From: Ferruginibacter sp.
GTDB lineage: Bacteria; Bacteroidota; Bacteroidia; Chitinophagales; Chitinophagaceae
DNA length: 64,000 nt
NCBI GenBank assembly: GCA_019638525.1
Contig: JAHBTO010000008.1
Coordinates: 21,535-85,534 of the forward strand
Direction of reading: 5' to 3'
The stretch's first letter is position 1. Every line of letters begins with the position of its first letter. Under the pieces are notes generated by a model, which saw nothing but the letters and a program-made list of their open reading frames with translations, was not told the DNA's origin and did not search any database. The position numbers were made by a program, and so were the translations under genes. Below are positions 46,858 to 55,741 of the stretch, one piece after another.

Positions 46858-48087
46858 TCAATTAAAATCGGCGTACAATAAATATTTTTTTCGTTTTTCT
46901 TTAAACTCCGTTAAACCGGGCTGCCAGCTTTCTCTTATCTCTGCTTCCGATTTACCATCTTTAATTTGTTGCATCAGCATATCGGTACCGGCAAGTTTGT
47001 TGATGAAATTATTTTTTAAAAAGAAACTGTCTTTACCGGGGAATAACCTGTACGCTTCTATTAAATATTTTAGCTGAATTTTATTATCAACCATTTTCAA
47101 TACTTGTTCATCTGTACCATCCAGTTTCCACCCGTAACAGGTTTGGTAAAAGCATTTGCTTTTTTTAGCGCCGGCATTGGGTTTGGGAACAAAACTGAAC
47201 AGGTTGTGCGGCAATGTTGGGTGGCCAAAAACCTGGAACGGCATATCGGTTCCCCTTCCTTCGCTCATAACGGTGCCTTCAAAAAAACAGGTGGACGGGT
47301 ACAGGTAAATGCTTTGCATGGTTTTTAAATTGGGCGATGGCATTACGGGCAAAACATATTTTGTGTTGTGATTGTAATTTTTGCATTTGATGACCTGTAC
47401 ATGAAAAGGCGTGTCGGCAGTGGGTTTGGTGGTTATATTATATGCATTAATGGCATTGGCTTCTTTTGATAAAAGGTTTTCGCCGGCAAGGTAAAGTGCA
47501 TATTCACCAATCGTCATTCCATACACGATGGGTATGGGTTGCATACCTACAAAACTTTTATATTTCATATCAAGCACGGGGCCATCTACATAAAATCCAT
47601 TGGGGTTGGGCCTGTCTAATATCAGCAGGGGTTTGTGGTTTTCGAGTGCTGCTTCCAAATAATATTGCAGCGATGAAATGTAAGTATAAAACCTTACACC
47701 TACATCCTGTATATCAAAAATCAACACATCTACATCTTTTAAATCTTCGGCCGTGGCTTTTTTATGGTTACCATAAAGGCTTATTACCGGCAAACCGGTT
47801 TTTTTATCTTTTGCATCATTTACATGTTCGCCGGCATCGGCATCGCCACGAAAACCATGCTCGGGCCCAAAAATTTTTACAACATTTATACCACTGCTGA
47901 GCAAGGTGTCAACCAGGTGGGTGTGTTTAACCATGCTTGTTTGGTTAGCAAAAACCGCTACGGCCTTGCCTTTTAACAAGGGCAGGTACACATTCATGCG
48001 CTCGGCGCCGGGTATTACAGTTGATTGGGCAAAGCTGCCAATGCCGCTAATAAGCAAGGCAATGCTGCAAACGATAATTTTTTTCAT
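46858..48087 (-). CDS. namZ: DUF1343-family exo-beta-N-acetylmuramidase (NamZ-like)
   Basis: The track start is 48114. The ATG at 48087 gives a cleaner signal peptide, MKKIIVCSIALLISGIGSFAQS. Family segments are FGPEHGFRGDADAGE, GLPVISLYG, DVLIFDIQDVGVRFYTYISSL, LDRPNPNGFYVDGPVLD. It lies 3 nt upstream of fmt. Confidence 0.82.
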   Translation of the reverse strand: MKKIIVCSIALLISGIGSFAQSTVIPGAERMNVYLPLLKGKAVAVFANQTSMVKHTHLVDTLLSSGINVVKIFGPEHGFRGDADAGEHVNDAKDKKTGLPVISLYGNHKKATAEDLKDVDVLIFDIQDVGVRFYTYISSLQYYLEAALENHKPLLILDRPNPNGFYVDGPVLDMKYKSFVGMQPIPIVYGMTIGEYALYLAGENLLSKEANAINAYNITTKPTADTPFHVQVIKCKNYNHNTKYVLPVMPSPNLKTMQSIYLYPSTCFFEGTVMSEGRGTDMPFQVFGHPTLPHNLFSFVPKPNAGAKKSKCFYQTCYGWKLDGTDEQVLKMVDNKIQLKYLIEAYRLFPGKDSFFLKNNFINKLAGTDMLMQQIKDGKSEAEIRESWQPGLTEFKEKRKKYLLYADFN

Positions 48088-48132
48088 ATTGCTAATTTCA
48101 TAAAAACTTTTCATTCGGTGGCTATTTAATGG

Positions 48133-48139
48133 TAATTTG
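48133..48139 (+). promoter_or_regulatory. approximate -7 box (TAATTTG) for the FKBP gene
   Basis: GGTAATTTGCGC resembles the TAAATTTGCGG and TATATTTGCGG boxes of the other two motif-bearing leaders. It is an imperfect match to TAnnTTTG. Confidence 0.3.
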
Positions 48140-48191
48140 CGCCCGCTTTAACGAATTGCACTTTTTTTATTAATGGCTCAATAGCGATATA

Positions 48192-48218
48192 ATGTACAAG
48201 AGTGCGACGCCACTGAAG
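48192..48218 (+). promoter_or_regulatory. conserved leader motif copy 2 (ATGTACAAGAGTGCGACGCCACTGAAG) in the FKBP-isomerase leader
   Basis: It has one substitution (A to C) relative to the other two copies. GCCGGG (48237-42) follows after 18 nt, then an A-run. Confidence 0.6.
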
Positions 48219-48296
48219 CTACATGGCAGTGATGCTGCCGGGTTAAAAAATATTTTAAATCGCCAACCCTTTAGGGTTTGGCAAACAAAAAAAATT

Positions 48297-48725
48297 ATGA
48301 AACAGGTAAAAGCAGGAGATGTAGTGAAAGTGCATTACACAGGTAAATTAGTTAATGGCGAACAATTTGATTCATCGGTAGGAAGGGAACCACTTGAATT
48401 TACTGTTGGCGCCGGGCAAATGATAAAAGGATTTGATGCAGCATTGCCGGGAATGATTATTGGCGATAAAAAAACCATTAACATTGCGCCCGAAGATGCT
48501 TATGGCCCAAGAAGCGAAGAAGCCATCATTGATTTTCCGAAAGCAAACGTGCCTGCCGATATGAAGCTGGAGCCGGGCATGCCATTAACTTTAAGCAACC
48601 AGGCCGGGCAACCGGTACCGGTAGTAGTGGTTGAAGTGAAGGATGATGTGATTGTATTGGATGCTAATCATTTTTTAGCAGGGCAAGAGTTGGTGTTTGA
48701 TATTGAATTGGTGGAGATAGCCTAA
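48297..48725 (+). CDS. FKBP-type peptidyl-prolyl cis-trans isomerase (SlyD-like, with IF insertion)
   Basis: MKQVKAGDVVKVHYTGKLVNGEQFDSS..PLEFTVGAGQMIKGFDAALPGM is a canonical FKBP N-terminus. The 35 upstream codons in the track ORF (from 48192) are leader sequence containing the conserved motif. Confidence 0.88.
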   Translation: MKQVKAGDVVKVHYTGKLVNGEQFDSSVGREPLEFTVGAGQMIKGFDAALPGMIIGDKKTINIAPEDAYGPRSEEAIIDFPKANVPADMKLEPGMPLTLSNQAGQPVPVVVVEVKDDVIVLDANHFLAGQELVFDIELVEIA

Positions 48726-48751
48726 ACTAAAATAACTATTTAATCATCATT

Positions 48752-48784
48752 AGCAGTTTGTAAAAGCAAGCTGCTTTTTTTTTT
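48752..48784 (+). terminator. rho-independent terminator after the FKBP gene
   Basis: AGCAGTTTG..CAAGCTGCT forms a stem with one mismatch, followed by a run of 10 T. Confidence 0.6.
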
Positions 48785-48822
48785 GGAAGCTGCGTTAAAT
48801 TTTTTACCTGCATTTTTAATTA

Positions 48823-48864
48823 TCCATTATCAATTATACATTCTACATTATCAATTATACATTA
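48823..48864. repeat. 6-unit heptanucleotide array (TnnATTA type), near-identical to 58784-58825
   Basis: tccatta|tcaatta|tacattc|tacatta|tcaatta|tacatta. 39 of 42 positions are identical to the copy downstream of acd, on the same strand. Confidence 0.85.
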
Positions 48865-48874
48865 TATTTATAGT

Positions 48875-50125
48875 ATGATACAGATAAGCCCCGACAGCAT
48901 TGCCGAACGTTTTATGCGTTATGTAAAGATTGATACGCAAAGCGACCCCACAAGCAGTTTACACCCAACAACAGAAAAGCAAAAAGATTTAAGCAAACTT
49001 TTGCTTAAAGAATTATATGGTATGGGTATCACCGATGCATCTACCGATGAATTTGGTTATGTGTATGCCACTATCGCCGGCAATAGCGATAAAAAAAATA
49101 TACCGGCCATTTGTTTTTGCGCCCATGTAGATACAGCGCCTGATTGCAGTGGCACTAATGTAAAACCTATACTGCACCGCTATTACGATGGCAACGATAT
49201 TGTGCTGCCCGATGATACAACGCAGGTGTTGCGTATTAGCGATTCGCCCTATCTTAAAAATCATATCAACCACGGCATTATTACCACAAGCGGCACCACT
49301 TTGCTGGGCGCCGATGATAAAAGCGGTGTGGCAGCTATTATGGAAGCGGCTTTATTTTTTATACAAAACCCTGCCATAAAACACGGCGATATTAAAATAT
49401 TATTTACACCCGATGAAGAAGTAGGAAAGGGTACGGCCAAAGTAGATATGAATAAACTGGGTGCAAAATATGGTTATACTTTGGATGGCGGCGAAGCAGG
49501 CAGCCTGGAAGATGAAACCTTTAGCGCCGATGGCGCCGAGATAACCATAAATGGTGTGATTGTGCACCCGGGATATGCAAAAGGTAAACTGGTGAATGCT
49601 TTAAAAGTGGCAGGCGCTGTTTTAGATGCCTTGCCAAAAAATGAATGGAGCCCCGAAACAACGGAAAAACGGGAAGGCTTTGTGCATCCCACTGCCGTAA
49701 ACGGCATTGCAGAAAAAGCAACCATACAATTTATAGTAAGAGATTTTACAGTAAGCGGTTTGCAGCAGCATCATGAGCGGTTGAAAAAAATTGCTGCAGA
49801 TACGGTTGCACAATTTCCGGGCGCCACAATGGAATATACAGCACAGGAGCAATACAGGAACATGAAAGAAGTATTAAACACTTGTCCGCAGGTGGCCGCT
49901 TATGCAGCAGAAGCTATACAAAGAGCCGGGCTTACGGTGAAAAATGAAAGCATACGTGGCGGTACCGATGGAAGCCGCTTTAGTTATATGGGCATGCCCT
50001 GTCCCAATATTTTTACCGGCATGCAAAACATACACAGCAAGCTGGAATGGATTGGCATAAACGATATGGCCAAAGCAGCTGAAACAATAGTGCATGTAGC
50101 CATGATTTGGGAGGAGCGTAGTTAA
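48875..50125 (+). CDS. pepT: peptidase T (tripeptide aminopeptidase, M20B)
   Basis: ERFMRYVKIDTQSD, CFCAHVDTAPD, LGADDKSGVAAIMEA, FTPDEEVGKG. Confidence 0.92.
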   Translation: MIQISPDSIAERFMRYVKIDTQSDPTSSLHPTTEKQKDLSKLLLKELYGMGITDASTDEFGYVYATIAGNSDKKNIPAICFCAHVDTAPDCSGTNVKPILHRYYDGNDIVLPDDTTQVLRISDSPYLKNHINHGIITTSGTTLLGADDKSGVAAIMEAALFFIQNPAIKHGDIKILFTPDEEVGKGTAKVDMNKLGAKYGYTLDGGEAGSLEDETFSADGAEITINGVIVHPGYAKGKLVNALKVAGAVLDALPKNEWSPETTEKREGFVHPTAVNGIAEKATIQFIVRDFTVSGLQQHHERLKKIAADTVAQFPGATMEYTAQEQYRNMKEVLNTCPQVAAYAAEAIQRAGLTVKNESIRGGTDGSRFSYMGMPCPNIFTGMQNIHSKLEWIGINDMAKAAETIVHVAMIWEERS

Positions 50126-50637
50126 TATTGTAATATCATGTGGTGATTAGGGTTTGAATGTGTAGGGGAGATGACGAAATCATGATTGCCAATTATTGTA
50201 AACCCGTTTTTAAGATAAAACTTTATCGCTCTGGGGTTTTCTTTCCATACAAATAGCCACATTGCCTGTTGGTTGTTTGATTTAGATAACTGTAGGTTAA
50301 ATTCAAAAAGAGGTTTACCCAATTTACAATCATAAAATTTTTTTAGCACATACAGCCTTTCTAGTTTTGTTACGTGTGATATATTGATATTGCTGTGAGG
50401 GTAATTGAAAATTATTTTTGAATAACCGGCAGGTTCTTTATCATAATACATAATATGATAGATATTAGCCGGGTTGCTAATTTCGGTTTTAAAAAAATCG
50501 GCACAATAATATTTGTTTACATAAGCATCCATATCGGCTTTAGGTGCGCTATGGCCATGCGATTCAAGTAAAGCCTGTTTACCAATTATTTCAAGTAGTT
50601 GAGCATCATTGGTGCCCGCCCTTACAATTTCAATCAT
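50122..50637 (-). CDS. GNAT-family N-acetyltransferase
   Basis: 171 aa. LYVLKKFYDCKLGKPLF is a Q/RxxGxG/A-like region, and the C-terminal ..FYLKNGF is a typical GNAT end. It overlaps pepT convergently by 4 nt. Confidence 0.78.
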   Translation of the reverse strand: MIEIVRAGTNDAQLLEIIGKQALLESHGHSAPKADMDAYVNKYYCADFFKTEISNPANIYHIMYYDKEPAGYSKIIFNYPHSNINISHVTKLERLYVLKKFYDCKLGKPLFEFNLQLSKSNNQQAMWLFVWKENPRAIKFYLKNGFTIIGNHDFVISPTHSNPNHHMILQY

Positions 50638-50739
50638 TTTATGAATTATATATTAATATAAAGAAAGCGTTGTTGTTTTTAAAAGTTTTTATCTGTGTAA
50701 TATTAAAAAACTATATCTTCAATTACAAAAAATACAACT

Positions 50740-51666
50740 ATGCAATTTATACAAGATTATTGGTGGCTCATTGTACTTGTCCTGGCATTCCTGGGATGTT
50801 TTGTAACTATTAACCAGGGATATATTGGTGTGGTAACTATGTTCGGTAAATATCGTCGCATATTGCGCCCGGGACTTAATTTAAAAATACCTTTTTTAGA
50901 GCAGATACATAAGAAAGTAAGTATCCAAAATCGCTCGGTTGAGCTGGAGTTCCAGGCGGTAACTATTGATCAGGCCAATGTATATTTTAAATCGATGTTG
51001 CTTTATTCGGTGCAGAACGAACATCCCGAAACCATACAAAAAGTGGCTTTTAAATTTATTAGCGATAAAGATTTGATGCAGGCTCTTGTACGTACCATTG
51101 AAGGTAACATAAGGGCTTTTGTGGCTACCAGGCGGCAGTCGGAAATTTTAGGATTAAGAAGGGATATTGTGGAGTTTGTGAAAGAGCATGTAGATATGTC
51201 GTTAGAAGAGTGGGGGTACCACTTGCAGGATTTGCAAATAAATGATATAACATTTGACCAGGCAATTATTGAAAGTATGAGCAAAGTGGTGGCCAGCAAC
51301 AACCTGAAAGCAGCCGCAGAAAACGAAGGACAGGCATTACTGATTACAAAAACTAAAGCTGCCGAAGCAGAGGGTAACTCAATAAAAATTGCTGCAGAAG
51401 CAGAGAGGCTTGCCGCACAATTGCGTGGCCAGGGTGTTGCTTTGTTTAGAGAAGAAGTGGCAAAAGGTATGAGCCAGGCCGCAGCCGAAATGAAACAAGC
51501 CAATTTAGATACCAATGTAATTTTATTTAGTATGTGGACCGAAGCCATCAAAAATTTTGCAGAGTATGGCAAGGGCAATGTTATTTTCCTTGATGGCAGC
51601 AGCGATGGAATGGAAAAAACCATGCGGCAGATAATGGCCATGCAACAGATGGATGTAGATAAATAA
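50740..51666 (+). CDS. SPFH/band-7 (stomatin/prohibitin-like) membrane protein
   Basis: An N-terminal TM helix is followed by INQGYIGVVTMFGKYRRILRPGLNLKIPFLE (SPFH start) and an Ala/Glu-rich coiled coil. Confidence 0.88.
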   Translation: MQFIQDYWWLIVLVLAFLGCFVTINQGYIGVVTMFGKYRRILRPGLNLKIPFLEQIHKKVSIQNRSVELEFQAVTIDQANVYFKSMLLYSVQNEHPETIQKVAFKFISDKDLMQALVRTIEGNIRAFVATRRQSEILGLRRDIVEFVKEHVDMSLEEWGYHLQDLQINDITFDQAIIESMSKVVASNNLKAAAENEGQALLITKTKAAEAEGNSIKIAAEAERLAAQLRGQGVALFREEVAKGMSQAAAEMKQANLDTNVILFSMWTEAIKNFAEYGKGNVIFLDGSSDGMEKTMRQIMAMQQMDVDK

Positions 51667-51685
51667 TTTTTTGGGGGTTGGTAAG

Positions 51686-51751
51686 CCGGGCAGCATTAGA
51701 TGTAACCTTTACAGGGTACAACATTGATGCTTGTCCGGTTTTTTATTTTTT
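51686..51751 (+). terminator. terminator candidate after the SPFH gene
   Basis: CCGGGCAGCAT (51686-96) pairs with ATGCTTGTCCGG (51727-38) with one bulge and G-U pairs. It is followed by ttttttatttttt. The loop is long and has an inner hairpin. Confidence 0.5.
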
Positions 51752-51876
51752 GCCATTTATAAATAAGATTAACATTTTGTTATGCAGCTATTGTAAATTT
51801 GTTTCGTTTCATTGCATAATTGAATAGCTTTGGCACAATTATAGAAAGGCAAAAGATAATCTAAAAACCGGCATAC

Positions 51877-52551
51877 ATGTTTAATATCTTGTTACAGATC
51901 GACAGTACAGCTGTTGTAAATTCATCCTCAGGTAAAGAATCTCTTTTTTCATTATTGGTAAAAGGCGGCGTATTGATGATACCGCTTGCCATTTTTATGG
52001 CTATGGCCATTTTCTTTTTTATAGAGCGGCTTATTGCCATCCGCAAAGCAAGCAGGATAGATGATAATTTCATGAACATTATTCGTGATAATATCATCAG
52101 CGGTAATGTATCTGCTGCAAGGAGTCTTGCAAAAAATACACCCAACCCTGTGGCTAAGATGATTGACAAAGGCATTCAACGTATAGGTAAACCCATTGAT
52201 GCTATTGAGCGTAACATGGATAATATTGGTAAACTGGAGATTTATAAAATGGAAAAAAACCTGCCGGTACTTTCCGTTATTGCCCGTATTGCGCCATTGT
52301 TTGGTTTTGTGGGTACCATCATCGGGTTGGTAATGTTGCTGAGAGATTTTGCTGCGGCTGCCAATCCATCCATCACCGATATTGCCGATGCTATGTATGT
52401 AAAAATGATTACTTCTGCCACCGGGCTTATCATCGGTATCTTATCTTATTTAGGATACAGTTATTTAAATACACAAATTGATAAAACGGTTCACAAGATG
52501 GAAACATCAAAGGCGGATTTTATAGATATATTACAGGAGCCGACGAAGTAG
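51877..52551 (+). CDS. exbB: MotA/TolQ/ExbB proton-channel protein
   Basis: 224 aa with 3 TM helices. The region LSVIARIAPLFGFVGTIIGLV is typical of ExbB/TolQ. Confidence 0.88.
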   Translation: MFNILLQIDSTAVVNSSSGKESLFSLLVKGGVLMIPLAIFMAMAIFFFIERLIAIRKASRIDDNFMNIIRDNIISGNVSAARSLAKNTPNPVAKMIDKGIQRIGKPIDAIERNMDNIGKLEIYKMEKNLPVLSVIARIAPLFGFVGTIIGLVMLLRDFAAAANPSITDIADAMYVKMITSATGLIIGILSYLGYSYLNTQIDKTVHKMETSKADFIDILQEPTK

Positions 52552-52603
52552 GGAGTAGCAGGTAGCAGGTAGTAAGTAGCAGGTAGTAAGTAGCAGGTTG
52601 TTA
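52548..52603. repeat. 8-unit heptanucleotide array (GTAGCAG/GTAGTAA)
   Basis: gtaggga|gtagcag|gtagcag|gtagtaa|gtagcag|gtagtaa|gtagcag|gttgtta. The first unit contains the exbB TAG stop. Confidence 0.88.
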
Positions 52604-52613
52604 GATTTAAGGA

Positions 52614-52676
52614 AAGTTAAATTCAAAATTCAAAAGTAAAAAGTAAAAAATTCAACATTCAATATTCATAATTCAA
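52614..52676. repeat. 9-unit A/T-rich heptanucleotide array (ATTCAAA/AGTAAAA)
   Basis: aagttaa|attcaaa|attcaaa|agtaaaa|agtaaaa|aattcaa|cattcaa|tattcat|aattcaa. It ends 4 nt before the exbD ATG. Confidence 0.8.
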
Positions 52677-52680
52677 TAGC

Positions 52681-53085
52681 ATGAGTTTAAGAAGTCGTTT
52701 AAGGGATAATCACAACGAAGTGGATGCAGGGCCGCTGAATGATGTATTGTTTATTTTGCTGATGTTCTTTTTATTGGTATCAACACTTGCCAACCCAAAC
52801 GTGGTTAAGGTGAATAACCCAAAAGGTAAAAGCGATACAAGGGTGAGCCAGAATATTGTAGTAACGGTTACAAAAGATCAAAAAGTTTTTATTGGCACAC
52901 AGCAAATAGACATGCTGTATATAGATTCATTACTTAAAAAAGAAGTGGAAGGCCAACGAAAATATGTAGATACACCAACAGTAATTTTAAATGTGGATAC
53001 GGCTGCTTATTACGGCCAGGCCTTCAAAATTATGGAAGCGGCTAAAAGAGCTAAAGCCAGGCTGGCTGCAAATATCAAGCAGTAG
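52681..53085 (+). CDS. exbD: ExbD/TolR biopolymer-transport protein
   Basis: 134 aa. The N-terminal segment PLNDVLFILLMFFLL (TM with conserved Asp) is followed by a periplasmic domain. Confidence 0.85.
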   Translation: MSLRSRLRDNHNEVDAGPLNDVLFILLMFFLLVSTLANPNVVKVNNPKGKSDTRVSQNIVVTVTKDQKVFIGTQQIDMLYIDSLLKKEVEGQRKYVDTPTVILNVDTAAYYGQAFKIMEAAKRAKARLAANIKQ

Positions 53086-53929
53086 CAATTACCATCCTTT
53101 CTTTTCCATACATATCTTTTTTTACCATTACCGAATGGTAATTAGCCCGCCTGAAAATATCGGCCACTTCATTGGCAAGGTTTTCATGTGTTTCAAGATA
53201 AATTTTTCCGTCGTGCTGCATTTTATCTTTACCAAAAGCTGCAATCTTATGGTAAAATATCAATGGCGAATCATCGGGTACAAATAAAGCAACATGCGGT
53301 TCATAATCCTTTACATTTTTATCAACCTTGTCTTTTTGTGATAGAGGAATGTATGGTGGATTACTAATTATGATATTGCAAACAGGAAGAAGATGCCAGT
53401 TTTTTTCATCTAAAAAATCAAGTTGAGAAAATTTTATATCGGTATGATGGAAAGTCGCATTTTCTTTTGCCAGCAAAAGTGCTTCTTCGCTTATATCTAT
53501 ACTATTAACAACAGCAGCCGGTAATTTTTTTTTTATGATGATGGGTATACAGCCACTGCCTGTTCCAATATCTAAAATAACGGGGTCGGTAATTTTCGAT
53601 TTCCTGTCGTTGATAAGTTGTTCAACCAATTCTTCTGTTTCGGGCCGGGGAATGAGTACATGTTCATTCACTTTAAATTTGGCGCTATAAAACCAGGCTT
53701 CTCCTAAAACATATTGTACAGGCTTGTGTTGCATCAGTTCCAGTAAACTGTCTTTAATAAGTTTTTCTATTGATGCAAGAACTTCCTTTTTGGGATTTTT
53801 TATGATATCAGTTTTTTTAAGTGAACCCAATTTTTCAAATACCCAATCGGTAATGAATGTAGCTTCACTTAAATCATAAATTTTTTGAAGCTCTACCAAA
53901 AAATTCCGGTAAAGGGTTTTATTATTCAT
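53075..53929 (-). CDS. prmC: peptide-chain-release-factor N5-glutamine methyltransferase
   Basis: The likely start is the ATG giving MNNKTLYRNF. Motifs are ILDIGTGSGCI (SAM) and IIISNPPYIP (NPPY). Confidence 0.9.
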   Translation of the reverse strand: MNNKTLYRNFLVELQKIYDLSEATFITDWVFEKLGSLKKTDIIKNPKKEVLASIEKLIKDSLLELMQHKPVQYVLGEAWFYSAKFKVNEHVLIPRPETEELVEQLINDRKSKITDPVILDIGTGSGCIPIIIKKKLPAAVVNSIDISEEALLLAKENATFHHTDIKFSQLDFLDEKNWHLLPVCNIIISNPPYIPLSQKDKVDKNVKDYEPHVALFVPDDSPLIFYHKIAAFGKDKMQHDGKIYLETHENLANEVADIFRRANYHSVMVKKDMYGKERMVIATA

Positions 53930-54035
53930 AATTACAAAGCAAACATACAATATAGCAACCTTATATTTATATATCTATTAATAAAACCTGTATTTGAATA
54001 CTTATTTTTGCAACCTGCAAACACATGATACATAT

Positions 54036-55082
54036 ATGAGCCGTTGCCTTCAACTGGCAGCGTTAGGCGCAGGCTATACTGCACCCAACCCTTTAGTTGG
54101 TGCGGTATTGGTGTATAATAACCAAATCATTGGCGAAGGTTTTCATCAGCAATATGGCGGGCCTCATGCCGAAGTGAATTGTATTAACAGTGTTACCCAG
54201 GAAAATAAAAAATATATTGCAGCTAGTACCCTTTATGTAAGTCTTGAGCCTTGTGTTCATTTTGGTAAAACGCCTCCCTGCACCAACCTGATTTTGAAAA
54301 GCAAAATACCAACAGTGGTTATCGGTTGCAGAGACAGCTTTGCTGCTGTTGATGGCAAAGGAATTGAAAAACTGGAAAATGCAGGTGTACATGTTGTGTT
54401 AGGTATAATGGAAACCGAATGCATGCACATGAACAGGCGTTTTTTTACTTTTCATAAAAAACACCGACCTTATATTATTTTAAAATGGGCGCAAAGCAAT
54501 GATGGGTTTATTGCTGCATCTAATATTCACAAAAAAAATACTGAAATAAAAAGACTTTTAATTAGCAATGAAATTACAAACAGGTTAGTACATAAATGGC
54601 GCAGCCACGAAGCGGCAATAATGGTAGGTACACAAACAGCTTTGCTAGATAACCCATCATTAACCACAAGGCTTTGGCCGGGCAATAACCCATTGCGGTT
54701 GGTGATTGATAAAGAATTGATATTGCCGCCATCATTAAAAATGTTTAAAGGCAGTGCAAAAACAATTGTGTTTAATTATACAAAGCAATCAGAAAGTAAA
54801 AATCTTGTTTACCAACTTTTAAATGAGAAAGAAAATGTTCTTACACAAATTCTATCTTTTTTGTTTCAACAGCAAATACAATCATTGATTGTAGAAGGTG
54901 GAACTAAACTTATACAAAGTTTTATTGATGAAGGTTTGTGGGATGAAGCAAGGGTAATTACCAATAAAGAGATGAAAATTGAAAATGGGTTAGCTGCACC
55001 GGTTTTAAAAAATAACTTACTGCTTTGCCAAAACAATTATTCAACTGATACGGTTTCATATTTTAAAAGAATACAAAATTGA
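54036..55082 (+). CDS. ribD: bifunctional riboflavin-biosynthesis deaminase/reductase
   Basis: The ATG at 54036 gives MSRCLQLAALGAGYTAPNPLVGAVLV. The zinc motifs are HAEV and PCVHFGKTPPC. The C-terminal reductase domain contains SLIVEGGTKL. Confidence 0.92.
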   Translation: MSRCLQLAALGAGYTAPNPLVGAVLVYNNQIIGEGFHQQYGGPHAEVNCINSVTQENKKYIAASTLYVSLEPCVHFGKTPPCTNLILKSKIPTVVIGCRDSFAAVDGKGIEKLENAGVHVVLGIMETECMHMNRRFFTFHKKHRPYIILKWAQSNDGFIAASNIHKKNTEIKRLLISNEITNRLVHKWRSHEAAIMVGTQTALLDNPSLTTRLWPGNNPLRLVIDKELILPPSLKMFKGSAKTIVFNYTKQSESKNLVYQLLNEKENVLTQILSFLFQQQIQSLIVEGGTKLIQSFIDEGLWDEARVITNKEMKIENGLAAPVLKNNLLLCQNNYSTDTVSYFKRIQN

Positions 55083-55095
55083 TGCAGGGTTTACT

Positions 55096-55704
55096 ATGAG
55101 TACAGAAGATTTTTATACAACTATTGAAAAACCATGCAGTGCCGAATTTAAAGACAGAGGCAGTAAATTTATTGCTTATGCTTTTCCAATTACTGAAACC
55201 GATGATTTTAAAAAACAAATTCAAATTTTAAAAAAAGAACATCCTAAAGCAGTGCATCACTGTTTTGCTTATCGTATTGGTACAGATGGAAATAATTTTC
55301 GGTCGAGCGATGATGGAGAGCCTGCCGGCACTGCAGGCAAACCTATTTTGGGACAAATAGACAGCAAGGGAATTACCAATGTAGCCGTGGTGGTGGTTCG
55401 TTATTGGGGCGGTACACTGCTTGGTGTGCCGGGGCTCATCAATGCATATAAAACAGCCACAGCGCTGGCTTTGCAGGTAACACCGTTGGTTGAAAAACAG
55501 ATTGAAATAAATTATACAATTGAGTTTGATTACACAAATATGAATGATGTGATGATGGTAATGAAACAATACAATTGTACCATTCACTCCAATGAAATGC
55601 AATTGTTTTGCGTTTTAAATACAGGAATTCCCAAAAACAGACTAACAGAAGTTTTGTATAAGTTGAATGACTTACCAAATGTTTCAGTAAAAAAAGTATT
55701 GTAA
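55096..55704 (+). CDS. yigZ: YigZ/IMPACT-family protein (UPF0029)
   Basis: DRGSKFIAYAFP, HHCFAYRIG, SDDGEPAGTAGKPIL. Confidence 0.85.
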   Translation: MSTEDFYTTIEKPCSAEFKDRGSKFIAYAFPITETDDFKKQIQILKKEHPKAVHHCFAYRIGTDGNNFRSSDDGEPAGTAGKPILGQIDSKGITNVAVVVVRYWGGTLLGVPGLINAYKTATALALQVTPLVEKQIEINYTIEFDYTNMNDVMMVMKQYNCTIHSNEMQLFCVLNTGIPKNRLTEVLYKLNDLPNVSVKKVL

Positions 55705-55741
55705 ACAAAAGGTATTTTGTAATTTTCTTAAAAAACTATTT

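Noticed and set aside
48192-48296. N-terminal 35-codon extension of the FKBP isomerase suggested by the ORF track
   Set aside because: The canonical FKBP N-terminus (MKQVKAGDVVKVHYTG) starts at 48297. The extension is the conserved leader motif region plus a hairpin, and it resembles no FKBP or signal sequence.
51003-51641. 212-aa minus-strand ORF inside the SPFH gene
   Set aside because: It lies antisense to a well-supported band-7 CDS. It is an Ala/Ser-rich mirror of the sense coiled-coil region.
53951-54035. FMN riboswitch upstream of ribD
   Set aside because: Only about 85 nt of AT-rich spacer is available, and it is shared with the divergent prmC promoter. This is too short, and it lacks the conserved GC-rich RFN helices.
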